Positions 37,248 to 46,182 of a DNA stretch of 64,000 nucleotides are shown here, piece by piece. The position numbers and the translations under genes were made by a program. How positions within the stretch are numbered: position 1 is the stretch's first letter; every line of letters starts with the position of its first letter. The notes under the pieces were generated by a model. It made no database searches. It saw only the letters and a program-made list of their open reading frames with translations, and was not told the DNA's origin. Location of the stretch: positions 2,779-66,778 of the forward strand of contig CAYNGD010000008.1 in the NCBI GenBank assembly GCA_964396965.1, read 5' to 3'. This DNA comes from an uncultured Dehalococcoidales bacterium. GTDB lineage: Bacteria > Chloroflexota > Dehalococcoidia > Dehalococcoidales > BS750m-G39.

Positions 37248-37631
37248 ATGAAGGCATTAAGCATAAGACAACCTTGGGTGTGGCTGATAGCTGAGGGTTA
37301 CAAGAACATAGAAAACCGCTCTTGGGCGACTAACTTCAGGGGAAGGATTTACATTCACGCTGGCAAGCGCTTTGATGATAACGCTCTATTCTGGCTTAGA
37401 GAGAAAGGAACAGGACCAATTGAAGAGCTTACGTTTCACAGTCGTGAATTACCCCGCGAGGGTATCATCGGTGAGGTTGATATTGTAGACTGTGTGACTA
37501 GCTCTACCTCACCTTGGTTTACCGGCCCCTATGGCTTTGTATTGGCAAATCCCGTGAAGTACGAATCATTTATCCCATGCAAGGGGCAGTTAGGTTTCTT
37601 TGAGCCTTCCTTGTGTGACACGGGGCACTAA
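37248..37631 (+). CDS. ASCH-domain protein
   Basis: MKALSIRQPWVWLIAEGYKNIENRSW...RGRIYIHAGK is typical of ASCH. G+C lower than neighbours. Confidence 0.7.
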   Translation: MKALSIRQPWVWLIAEGYKNIENRSWATNFRGRIYIHAGKRFDDNALFWLREKGTGPIEELTFHSRELPREGIIGEVDIVDCVTSSTSPWFTGPYGFVLANPVKYESFIPCKGQLGFFEPSLCDTGH

Positions 37632-37659
37632 AAGGCGAGTCCAAGAGGGGCGGGACAAA

Positions 37660-37733
37660 GGAAAGTCTAAGAGGCGCAGCCTTTTGGGCGGGTGGGTATG
37701 GGAAGAAAGACGATGGGGGGCGGGGCTGCGGGG
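37660..37733. repeat. solo right arm plus GGGGGGCGGGGCT tail
   Basis: GGAAAGTCTAAGAGGCGCAGCCTTTTGGGCGGGTGGGTATGGGAAGAAAGACGATGGGGGGCGGGGCTGCGGGG. Confidence 0.8.
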
Positions 37734-37902
37734 AAAATAAAAAAACCGAAATAACAGGAAATTCACCCCGGCGGACACCACGCGCAGGGTTCTTCCCATC
37801 GCATAACCTACACTTGTATTCTAGACCCACAATTCACCCTTATACGAAATAAGCCTTAAAAAGGCGGAGGTGATGCCTAAATAAAACAAATCTAACCAGC
37901 TA

Positions 37903-37911
37903 TGCTATAAT
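37903..37911 (+). promoter_or_regulatory. extended -10 TGCTATAAT upstream of the Lrp/AsnC gene
   Basis: TGCTATAAT at 37903-37911. AAGGAG SD at 37927-37932. ATG at 37939. Confidence 0.5.
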
Positions 37912-37938
37912 AAACCCCAAGAAATAAGGAGCGGAGCT

Positions 37939-38421
37939 ATGTTAAACGAAATCCTAAAGATACTGGAAAACGACGCCAAGACTACCCCGGCCAAGATAGC
38001 CACCATGACCAACTCCACCCCCGCCGAGGTCAGCAAAGCCATCAAGAAGGCGGAAAAATACCGAACCATCATCAAGTATAAGACCGTAATAAACTGGGAA
38101 AAGGTGGGGAATGAGCAGGTAAGCGCCCTCATCGAGGTTAATGTGACCCCGCAGCGAGACGTCGGCTTTGACGCCCTGGCCGAGCGTATCTACCGCTTCC
38201 CCGAAGCCCGCTCGGTCTACCTGCTGTCGGGCACCTATGACCTGCTGGTGCTAGTGACGGCTAAGACCATGCAGGAGGTGGCCAACTTCGTCACCCAGAA
38301 GGTCGCCCTCATCGAGGGGGTGCAGGGCACCACCACCCACTTCATGCTCAAAAGATACAAAGAGGACGGCGAAATCCTGGCCGGCGGCGAGGAGACCAAG
38401 CGGCAGCCGGTAATCCTCTAG
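37939..38421 (+). CDS. Lrp/AsnC family transcriptional regulator
   Basis: N-terminal HTH (ILKILENDAKTTPAKIATMTNSTPAEVSKAIKKAE) plus a C-terminal RAM/AsnC_trans_reg-like segment. Confidence 0.8.
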   Translation: MLNEILKILENDAKTTPAKIATMTNSTPAEVSKAIKKAEKYRTIIKYKTVINWEKVGNEQVSALIEVNVTPQRDVGFDALAERIYRFPEARSVYLLSGTYDLLVLVTAKTMQEVANFVTQKVALIEGVQGTTTHFMLKRYKEDGEILAGGEETKRQPVIL

Positions 38422-38434
38422 GAGACTTCATAAT

Positions 38435-39613
38435 ATGCCAAGAAAAAGGCGCTGTGTGACCTCAAAGCGGGTAAGCCAGATTAGCCCTTCCGGGATAAGA
38501 AAGTTTTTCGACCTGGTCGCCTCCATGGAGGAGGTCATCTCGCTGGGGGTGGGCGAGCCCGACTTCGCCACCCCCTGGCACATCCGCGAGGCGGCGATAT
38601 ACTCGCTGGAGAAGGGGCAGACCATGTACACCTCCAACCTGGGCATGCCCGAGCTGCGCCAGGAGCTTTCCCGCCACCTCAAAGATAAATACGGGCTTGA
38701 CTACGACCCCGCCACCGAGCTGCTTATCACGGTGGGGGTGAGTGAAGGGGTGGATTTAGCCACCAGGGCCGTCATCGACCCCGGCGACGAGGTCATCATG
38801 GCCGACCCCAGCTACGTCTCCTACAGCTCCTGCGTGACGCTGGCCGGTGGCAGGCCAGTGATGGTGCCCACCAGCGAGAAGGACGGCTTCGAGCTGAGCG
38901 CCGAGGACATCGAGAAGCGGGTCACCGATAACACCAAGGCCATACTCATCGGCTACCCGGCCAACCCCACCGGCGCGGTGATGAGCCGGGAAAAGCTAGC
39001 CGAAATCGCCGAGGTCGCCAAACGCCATAAGTTGATAGTAATCTCCGACGAGATATACTCCAGCCTGGTCTACGGCGTGGAGCACACCTGCTTTGCCACC
39101 CTACCCCACATGAAGGAGGGCACCATACTCCTTGGCGGCTTCTCCAAGGCCTACGCCATGACCGGCTGGCGCATTGGCTATGCCGCCGCCAACAGGGAGA
39201 TTATCGGCACCATGTTCAAGATTCACCAGTACACCATCATGTGCGCCCCCACCATGGGGCAGGTGGCCGCCATCGAGGCACTAAAGTCCGGCGACGGCAG
39301 CGTGGCCGAGATGGTCGCCGACTATAACCGGCGGCGGCTTTTCATGGTCAGGGGCCTGAACAAAATCGGCCTGCCCTGCTTCGAGCCCAGGGGCGCCTTC
39401 TACGCCTTTCCCTCCATCAAGGCAACGGGACTTAGCTCCGAGGAGTTCGCCGAAAGGCTCATCATGGAGGAAAAGGTGGCCGTCGTCCCCGGCACCGCCT
39501 TCGGGGAGTGCGGGGAGGGCTATGTCCGCTGCTGCTACGCCACCTCGATGGACGATATAGAAGAGGCGCTAAAGAGGATGGGGCGGTTTGTGAAGAGGTG
39601 TGGGAAAGCTTGA
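38435..39613 (+). CDS. class I/II PLP-dependent aminotransferase (AspC/AlaT-like)
   Basis: LGVGEPDF, NPTG, SDEIY, FSKAYAMTGWRIGY (PLP Lys), R at RCCYA. Confidence 0.85.
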   Translation: MPRKRRCVTSKRVSQISPSGIRKFFDLVASMEEVISLGVGEPDFATPWHIREAAIYSLEKGQTMYTSNLGMPELRQELSRHLKDKYGLDYDPATELLITVGVSEGVDLATRAVIDPGDEVIMADPSYVSYSSCVTLAGGRPVMVPTSEKDGFELSAEDIEKRVTDNTKAILIGYPANPTGAVMSREKLAEIAEVAKRHKLIVISDEIYSSLVYGVEHTCFATLPHMKEGTILLGGFSKAYAMTGWRIGYAAANREIIGTMFKIHQYTIMCAPTMGQVAAIEALKSGDGSVAEMVADYNRRRLFMVRGLNKIGLPCFEPRGAFYAFPSIKATGLSSEEFAERLIMEEKVAVVPGTAFGECGEGYVRCCYATSMDDIEEALKRMGRFVKRCGKA

Positions 39614-39727
39614 CAGAAAGGAGCACTTAGTGTATAGTTAGGTTTAAGGCGTGGACTCGCCGATTTGCCTTGGTAGGTCGGATGACCTGAGAAGGAGGTG
39701 ATGGACAGATGAATATGCTTTAATTGA

Positions 39728-39762
39728 CCCACACTTTATTTTTGAGTGTGGGTTTTTGTTTT
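39728..39762 (+). terminator. rho-independent terminator
   Basis: CCCACACT (39728-39735) / AGTGTGGG (39745-39752) with a 9-nt loop, followed by TTTTTGTTTT. Confidence 0.75.
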
Positions 39763-39824
39763 AGGCCCCGGACGGGGGGAATAAGTTTCAGGTTTGGAAA
39801 AACGAAAACTAAGAGGAGAAAACA

Positions 39825-41027
39825 ATGAAAAACAATAACCTAGATAAAGTAACTATAAAAGCTGAATACTCACGCCGCTATCCAGACCCACTAAACAAAA
39901 GTTCAGATGGCAACACGTTAAATATTGAGCATCATGTCCTTCTAAGCCGAGCCATAGATATTCCTGAAAATATCTCCAAAGCACCAAACCCGAGAGAACA
40001 GCGTATAGATAAGGGCATCTATAAAAAAGTGAGAGAGAGCTTGGATAACACAGATGATCTGTCCTTTCACTTGAAAAACAAAGGTATAACAATCTTAGCC
40101 CATCATGTCGAATACAACGACACGGACAAAAAGATTGTCGACTTGTATCTCGGAGAGGACGATGGTATTGCAGATGGTGCACACACTTACGAAATAATAT
40201 TAAAGGCCAAAGCTGAAGAAACATGCCCAGAAGGGCAGTATATTAAATTCGAAGTCCTTACTGGTGTGCCACAGGATATGGGGCCAGAAATAACTGGTGG
40301 GCTTAACACCGCAGTTCAGGTTGATGATACCAGCCTGATGAACTTGGAACATGAGTTCGATTGGATTAAAGAAACTCTCAAGAAAACAGAATTCGGTGAT
40401 CACATATCTTACAAGCAGAACGAGGATAAGGAATACGACATTAGAGAGATACTTGGCCTCCTGACTCTATTCAACGTTAACAAGTTTCCCTATACGGATG
40501 GGAAGCATCCCAGGGAAGCGTATTTCTCAAAGGCAAGGTGTTTGGAACTGTACAAGGAAGACCCAGCCTCATTTAAGATGCTTAAGCCGATCTTAATAGA
40601 CATTCTGCGTTTGTACGACTATGTAAATATCCGAAGTAGAGAACGGTACAATGAGGAAATGAAGGGTAGGGCAGCTGCCATGAAAGGGGTATATGCTACG
40701 AAAAAAAGAGGTACCTATCCATACATCTTCACGGGTGAGGTAAGGAATTACAAACTATATGACGGAGCTTTGTACCCCATGCTAGGGGCACTGAGATTCT
40801 TGGTTGAGCAAAAGCCTGGCGAAAATGTCTACTCGTGGAAATTGAAATCTCTCGATAAGGTGAAGGCATTTTTTGATGAAGTAGCACCCGATCTTGTAAC
40901 GACAACGTACAAGACCAGCGTAATCTACGGCAGAAAACCTAATCCAATCGGCAAGGATGAAAATCACTGGGACAACATGTACAAAACAGTCGCTCTACAT
41001 TTTTACTCCAACTACTCACCAAAATAA
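39825..41027 (+). CDS. AIPR-like (abortive infection phage resistance family) protein
   Basis: 400 aa. NPREQRIDKGIYKKVRESL...FHLKNKGITILA...GIADGAHTYEII follows the AIPR/DGQHR-like pattern (N.R...NNGITI...VNGxQT) as I recall it. AAGAGGAG SD. AT-rich relative to flanks. Confidence 0.6.
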   Translation: MKNNNLDKVTIKAEYSRRYPDPLNKSSDGNTLNIEHHVLLSRAIDIPENISKAPNPREQRIDKGIYKKVRESLDNTDDLSFHLKNKGITILAHHVEYNDTDKKIVDLYLGEDDGIADGAHTYEIILKAKAEETCPEGQYIKFEVLTGVPQDMGPEITGGLNTAVQVDDTSLMNLEHEFDWIKETLKKTEFGDHISYKQNEDKEYDIREILGLLTLFNVNKFPYTDGKHPREAYFSKARCLELYKEDPASFKMLKPILIDILRLYDYVNIRSRERYNEEMKGRAAAMKGVYATKKRGTYPYIFTGEVRNYKLYDGALYPMLGALRFLVEQKPGENVYSWKLKSLDKVKAFFDEVAPDLVTTTYKTSVIYGRKPNPIGKDENHWDNMYKTVALHFYSNYSPK

Positions 41028-41042
41028 GCACCAATAGTAGAG

Positions 41043-41065
41043 GGGGGTGGCTAATTACCACCCCC
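41043..41065 (+). terminator. GC-rich hairpin after the AIPR-like gene (possible terminator)
   Basis: GGGGGTGG / CCACCCCC stems with a 7-nt loop. The downstream U-tract is weak. Confidence 0.35.
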
Positions 41066-41105
41066 TAATCCCCCTTTACAAAAGAAGACAACGTGGGGGG
41101 CTAGA

Positions 41106-41176
41106 GAGTTTTAGAGGTGAAACCTTTTGGGCGGGAGGGTATGGGAAGATAGACGATGGGGGGCGGGGCTTAAGGG
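41106..41176. repeat. solo right arm plus GGGGGGCGGGGCTTA tail
   Basis: GAGTTTTAGAGGTGAAACCTTTTGGGCGGGAGGGTATGGGAAGATAGACGATGGGGGGCGGGGCTTAAGGG. Confidence 0.8.
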
Positions 41177-41182
41177 AAAAAG

Positions 41183-42181
41183 CTAGCCCAGCCCCACCTT
41201 CTTCCTGACATCGTTCAAAACCCTCTCCGCTATCGGGCGGGCGCGGTTGGCGCCTTCGGTGAGGATGGAGTCGATGCGGGTGGGGTCGGCGGTAAGCTCC
41301 CTATAGCGGGTCTGGAGGGGGCGCAGGCCCTCGATGACCACCTCGGCCAGCTCCTGCTTGAAATCGCTGTAGCCCTTGCCCTCGAACTGCGCCTCTATCT
41401 CCTTCTGGCCCTGCCCGGTGAAAAGCTGGTAGATGGTCAGCAGGTTAAAGATGCCGGGGCGGCTCTCGTCGAAGCGTATTTCCTTTAAAGAGTCCGTGGT
41501 CGCCCGCATTATCTTGTTGCGGATGTCATCAGGGGGGTCGAGGAGGTTGATGGCGTGCCCCGAGGCGGTCTCGCTCTTGCTCATCTTCTTGGTGGGGTCA
41601 TCCAGCCCCATGATGCGGGCGCCGATATCGGGGATAAACGGCTCCGGCAAGACAAGGGTCTCCCCGTAGATACTGTTGAAACGCTGCGCCGTATCCCGGG
41701 CCAGTTCAACGTGCTGCTTCTGGTCCTCACCCACCGGCACGACGTCGGTATCGTAGAGCAGGATATCGGCGGCCATCAGCGCCGGGTAGTCGAAAAGACC
41801 CACGCTCACCTGCTCCTTGTGCCGGGCTGATTTCTCCTTGAATTGAGTCATCCGCTGCATCCAGCCCATCGGGATAAAGCAGTTCAAAATCCAGGCCAGC
41901 TCGCTATGGGCGCTGACGTGGGACTGGACGAAAAGGATAGCGCGTTTCGGGTCGATGCCGGCGGCCAGGAGCAGGCCGGTCACCTCGCGAATCCTGGCTT
42001 TCAGAACCACCGGGTCCTGCGGAATGGTTATTGCGTGGAGGTCAACGATACAGTAGACGCAGTCGTAGTCCTCCTGGAGCCTGACATAGTTCTGTATCGC
42101 CCCCAGGTAGTTGCCTATCATGAGAGAGCCCGTCGGCTGGATGCCGGAAAAAACACGCTTTTTCAACTGGTCCTCCTTCAA
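41183..42181 (-). CDS. trpS: tryptophan--tRNA ligase
   Basis: RVFSGIQPTG..MIGNYLG (HIGH-like), KMSKS present. The listed start is TTG 42181. TTG 42166, preceded by AAGGAGG, is the more likely start. Confidence 0.93.
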   Translation of the reverse strand: MKEDQLKKRVFSGIQPTGSLMIGNYLGAIQNYVRLQEDYDCVYCIVDLHAITIPQDPVVLKARIREVTGLLLAAGIDPKRAILFVQSHVSAHSELAWILNCFIPMGWMQRMTQFKEKSARHKEQVSVGLFDYPALMAADILLYDTDVVPVGEDQKQHVELARDTAQRFNSIYGETLVLPEPFIPDIGARIMGLDDPTKKMSKSETASGHAINLLDPPDDIRNKIMRATTDSLKEIRFDESRPGIFNLLTIYQLFTGQGQKEIEAQFEGKGYSDFKQELAEVVIEGLRPLQTRYRELTADPTRIDSILTEGANRARPIAERVLNDVRKKVGLG

Positions 42182-42243
42182 CAGGCAAGTTTAGCACAAA
42201 GAGGGAGAGCAGGACAAGGTAGGATAGGCGAACTTTTAAAAGC

Positions 42244-42258
42244 GGGGGGCGGGGCTTA
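42244..42258. repeat. isolated copy of the element tail GGGGGGCGGGGCTTA
   Basis: 15/15 identical to 41158-41172, on the other side of trpS. Confidence 0.7.
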
Positions 42259-42285
42259 TAATGGGGAGGATTTAAGGGTGTAATA

Positions 42286-43836
42286 ATGATAAGGAGCCTG
42301 AAAGACAGGAAAATCCAGATTTTGCTTCTCATCCTGGCGGTTGGGACCTATCTCAGGCTATGGCATATACAGCACCTGTTCAAGTGGATATACGACTACG
42401 ATGAGGGCGCTTACTCGATAGGCGGGCGTTTTATCTCACAGGGGTTCCTGCCCTACCGGGACTTCCCTCTGGTTCATCCGCCGTTATATGACCTGCTGCT
42501 GGCAGGTATATACAAGATATTCGGCTACAACTTTTTCTACGGCAGGTACTTATCGGTCATAATATTCCTGGCCTGCGTGGTCTTAGCCTACCTGATTGTT
42601 AAAAGGCTCTATAACCCGATTGCTGGCCTGCTCACCGCGGCCCTCTTCGCTGTTTTCCCCGGGTTTTTCCTGCTCTGGTACCGGGCTGTCCAGGAACCGC
42701 TGGCAATACTGCTGATTCTTCTGGCCCTCTATCTGGCGGCTGACTACATAGTTGAGCGAAAACATAAAAACCGTCTGCTGTTCAGCGGGTTGTTTCTGGG
42801 GCTAGCACTATCGACCAAGTTTACCCTTGTTCCGGCGGTTATCGGATTTACGCTGGGTATAATTATTCTGGCCATGGCAGGGCACTGGCAGTCCTGGAGG
42901 TTGGTCCCCGGCGGGCTGTGCAGCCGTGAGCTGGGGTTATTGGTGGCCGGAATTGTGGCCGGTTTCTTTCTAGTTACCGGCTTCTTTATCGCGACCAGCC
43001 CCCAACAGTTCTTAAACCAGACGCTGCTAGCCCAGCTCGGCTACCGGGTCACCGATACCATGGGGACAATCATCGCCAGATTCAGATTTATGAGCTCAGG
43101 GTCACCGACGGACACCGTAAATACTTTGAGCCTGGTATTTCCGCTGGCCGTTTTTCTGGCGCTGCTAATCAGAAGGCAATTTACCAGGGCCAATATCTTC
43201 CTGCTGGCGGCATTATTTGTGTCGATACCGTTGTGTGCCACCTTCGACCCTTTCGGGGAGGTAAGGTACTTTACCTCTGCTTTTATCTTCGCACTGTTTG
43301 CGATGGCATCCTTTGCACCGCGTCTGGACATGAAATTATTGGCTAATAGAATAACGAGGCAAACCGCAATGAAGAGCGCTGGCTTAATAGTCGCCCTGCT
43401 GGTGATTCTGGCCTCGATTGCTGGTACGGTAACTCTTATGCACCAGTACAATTTCATGGGGCCGGGGAAAATGACCTACGAAGAGGAGACCTACCGCCAG
43501 ACTCTAAGTTATTTAGAGGAGGTCGGAGCCAAGAAAGTCTACTCCCTGAACCCGATAGTACCAGCCCTATCCCCCAAGCTGGCATCGAGCCTTGAATTTG
43601 ATACCTTCGGGCTTCTATTCGTGCTCAGGCAGCCGCCGGAAACTGTCATTAAATATCAGACGGAAGAAGGGGTTGATTATATAATAGTGGATGCCTTTCA
43701 GTTACTAGGCCTGAGGGAACAGCCAGTAGCCGAACTCGTGACAGAAGTGCGCCAGCAGGGCACTCCGGTCAAAAAGATAGTACCGGGTGAACTGCCGATA
43801 TTGGGGACACAGATATATGCCGTGCCAGGTCGCTAG
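42286..43836 (+). CDS. GT-C fold membrane glycosyltransferase (family 39/83, ArnT/PMT-like)
   Basis: 516 aa, many TMs, early-loop YDYDEGAY acidic motif, soluble C-terminal domain. G+C visibly lower than flanks. Confidence 0.6.
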   Translation: MIRSLKDRKIQILLLILAVGTYLRLWHIQHLFKWIYDYDEGAYSIGGRFISQGFLPYRDFPLVHPPLYDLLLAGIYKIFGYNFFYGRYLSVIIFLACVVLAYLIVKRLYNPIAGLLTAALFAVFPGFFLLWYRAVQEPLAILLILLALYLAADYIVERKHKNRLLFSGLFLGLALSTKFTLVPAVIGFTLGIIILAMAGHWQSWRLVPGGLCSRELGLLVAGIVAGFFLVTGFFIATSPQQFLNQTLLAQLGYRVTDTMGTIIARFRFMSSGSPTDTVNTLSLVFPLAVFLALLIRRQFTRANIFLLAALFVSIPLCATFDPFGEVRYFTSAFIFALFAMASFAPRLDMKLLANRITRQTAMKSAGLIVALLVILASIAGTVTLMHQYNFMGPGKMTYEEETYRQTLSYLEEVGAKKVYSLNPIVPALSPKLASSLEFDTFGLLFVLRQPPETVIKYQTEEGVDYIIVDAFQLLGLREQPVAELVTEVRQQGTPVKKIVPGELPILGTQIYAVPGR

Positions 43837-43844
43837 CCATAGAT

Positions 43845-43873
43845 TTGAATTGACCCCCGCCTGAGCCTATAAT
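43845..43873 (+). promoter_or_regulatory. sigma-70-type promoter of the gamma-CA-like gene
   Basis: TTGAAT (43845-43850) - 17 nt - TATAAT (43868-43873). Confidence 0.55.
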
Positions 43874-43897
43874 ACTAGCGAATCTGAGGGGGTAAGA

Positions 43898-44428
43898 ATG
43901 ATAAGAAGCCTGGGGGATAAAAAGCCCAAGATAGCCGATTCCGCCTTCATCAGCGAGGCTGCCTATATCATCGGGGAGGTGGAAATCGGGGAGAACTCCA
44001 GCGTCTGGCCGGGGGCGGTAATCAGGGCCGACTTCGGCAGCATCAGAATCGGCAACAACACCGCTATTGAGGACAACTGCGTCCTCCACTCCGGGACGCC
44101 GAATGAACCCGGCTACCGGGAGAAGATGACCATCGGCGACAACGTTCACATCGGCCACGGGGCGGTGCTCAACTGCCGCCGTATCGGCAACAGGGTGCTC
44201 ATCGGGATGAACGCCACCATCCTGCACGATAGCGAAATCGGCGACTCTTGCATCATCGCCGCCGGCTGCCTGGTCAGGGAGGGGGCCAAGATACCGGAAG
44301 GCTCCTTCGTGGCCGGTGTCCCGGGAAAAGTTATGGGCAAGGCGACCAAAGAGCAGTTGTGGTGGGTGGAGAAAGCGCCCGAAATATATAAAGAGATGGT
44401 CAAGAAATATAAAGGGGAGGGGCGGTAA
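43898..44428 (+). CDS. gamma-carbonic-anhydrase-like / hexapeptide-repeat protein (YrdA/PaaY family)
   Basis: PKIADSAFISEAAYIIGEVEIGENSSVWPGAVIRAD...IGHGAVLH-type left-handed beta-helix repeats. Confidence 0.85.
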   Translation: MIRSLGDKKPKIADSAFISEAAYIIGEVEIGENSSVWPGAVIRADFGSIRIGNNTAIEDNCVLHSGTPNEPGYREKMTIGDNVHIGHGAVLNCRRIGNRVLIGMNATILHDSEIGDSCIIAAGCLVREGAKIPEGSFVAGVPGKVMGKATKEQLWWVEKAPEIYKEMVKKYKGEGR

Positions 44429-44433
44429 GGCCT

Positions 44434-46092
44434 TTACATCTTGTCCGGGGCGGTCATGCCCATAAGGTGCAGCGTCCTGGCCAGGGTTAGCCTGGCGGCG
44501 GCCACTAATTTAAGACGGGCTTTGGATAGCGCCTCATCATCGGAGACGACGCGGCACTGCTTGTAGAAGCTGTGAAAGACGGTGGCCAGCTCCTGGGCGT
44601 AGTAGGCCAGGTGGTGGGGCTCTAGGGTCTGGGTGACCACCTCGACCATCTCCGGCAGCAGCAGCATCCGGCGAATCAGGGTCAGTTCCGGCTCGGTGGT
44701 GAGCAGGGAGACATCGCCGTCGGCGTAGTCAATCTTCCTGTCTTTGGCCAAGCGCATTATGCTGGCGATGCGGGCGTGGGCGTACTGGACATAGTAGACC
44801 GGGTTATCCGCCGACTGCTTCTTGGCCAATTCAAGGTCAAAGTCCATCTGGCTGTCGGCGGAGCGGGCGGCAAAGAAGAAGCGGCAGGCATCGGCGCCGA
44901 CTTCTTCTATCACCTCGCGCAGGGTTATTATATCGCCGCTGCGCTTGGAGACCTTGACCAGCTCGCCGCCGCGGGAGAGAGTGACCATCTGCGAGATTAT
45001 CACCACCAGGCGCTCCGGGGTAATGCCCAGCGCCTGCACCACCGCCTTCATCCGGGAGATATGCCCCTGGTGGTCGGCTCCCCAGATATTGATTACCCTG
45101 TCGAACTTCCTCTCGATGAACTTGTTATAGTGATAGGCGATATCGGTGGCGAAATATGTCGGCGAGCCGTCGCTGCGCACCACCACGTTGTCCTTGTCCT
45201 CGCCCAGGGCGGTGGAGACGAACCAGGTGGCACCCTCCCTCTCGGCAATGTAGCCGCCATCGCGCAGGAGCTTCATCACCTGCTTATACTGGCTGTTGTC
45301 GAAAAGGCTCTGCTCGCTGAACCAGACGTCAAAGCTGACCCCCAGAAGCTCTAAATCGCCCTTTATCTGGTCTATCATCTTGGCCAGGCCTATTTTGCCG
45401 AGCTGGGGGACGGCTTTCTCCGGTGGCAGAGACAGGAACCGTTCGTCCTCCTCAGCGAGGATTTCTTTGGCCAGGTCAGTGATATAGTCGCCCAGGTAGC
45501 CGTCGGCGGGCATCTCGGCGTCAGCCCCTAAAGCCTGCTGGTAGCGGGCGTAGAGGGAGCGGTAAAAGGCGTCCATCTGGCTGCCGGCGTCGTTGACGTA
45601 GTACTCCTTCTCCACATCATAGCCGGCCGCCGAAAGCACGTTGGCCAGGGTGTTGCCCAGGATAGCGCCCCGCCCGTGGCCGACATGGAGGGGGCCGGTG
45701 GGGTTGACGCTGACGAACTCGAGCTGAACCCGGCTGCCCTTGCCCAGCTCAACATTTCCGTAAGCTTCTCCGGCGTTCAGGATTAGGTCCACCTGCTGGT
45801 TCAGCCAGGAATCTTTAAGGATGAAGTTGATAAAGCCCGGTGGCGCCACGGTGACCGCTTCGATTTCGGGGGCGTGGGAGATAAACCCGACCATAGCCTC
45901 GGCGATGGCCAGCGGGTTGGTGCCGGTGGCCCGGCCCAGCTTTAGGGGCAGGCTGGAAGCGTAGTCGCCGTGGGCGGGGTTCTGGGGGTGTTCTATGGTG
46001 ATTTCGGTAACCGCCACCGGGGGCAGCTTGCCCGATTCCTGTGCTCTATTAGCCGCTGCTGCCAGCAGCTCGATAATTCTCTGTCTAATCAT
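44434..46092 (-). CDS. argS: arginine--tRNA ligase
   Basis: [14 protein letters not shown] (HIGH), SKRSG-type KMSKS variant, C-terminal DALR-like domain. Confidence 0.95.
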   Translation of the reverse strand: MIRQRIIELLAAAANRAQESGKLPPVAVTEITIEHPQNPAHGDYASSLPLKLGRATGTNPLAIAEAMVGFISHAPEIEAVTVAPPGFINFILKDSWLNQQVDLILNAGEAYGNVELGKGSRVQLEFVSVNPTGPLHVGHGRGAILGNTLANVLSAAGYDVEKEYYVNDAGSQMDAFYRSLYARYQQALGADAEMPADGYLGDYITDLAKEILAEEDERFLSLPPEKAVPQLGKIGLAKMIDQIKGDLELLGVSFDVWFSEQSLFDNSQYKQVMKLLRDGGYIAEREGATWFVSTALGEDKDNVVVRSDGSPTYFATDIAYHYNKFIERKFDRVINIWGADHQGHISRMKAVVQALGITPERLVVIISQMVTLSRGGELVKVSKRSGDIITLREVIEEVGADACRFFFAARSADSQMDFDLELAKKQSADNPVYYVQYAHARIASIMRLAKDRKIDYADGDVSLLTTEPELTLIRRMLLLPEMVEVVTQTLEPHHLAYYAQELATVFHSFYKQCRVVSDDEALSKARLKLVAAARLTLARTLHLMGMTAPDKM

Positions 46093-46134
46093 TAACCAGT
46101 TCGTCTGAGATTCCCGTATTTATCGAGAAACCTT

Positions 46135-46143
46135 ATTATAGCA
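46135..46143 (-). promoter_or_regulatory. extended -10 TGCTATAAT upstream of argS
   Basis: Plus-strand attatagca at 46135-46143, 42 nt upstream of the ATG. Confidence 0.45.
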
Positions 46144-46182
46144 CAAAGCTGGCTAAAAAAAACAACCTCTACGGACGTTTTA

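Noticed and set aside
39614-39727. A tRNA or tmRNA fragment serving as the integration site for the AIPR island.
   Set aside because: I could not fold the segment into a cloverleaf or find a T-loop (GTTCRA) or acceptor-like ends. No direct repeat of it is visible at the right island boundary.
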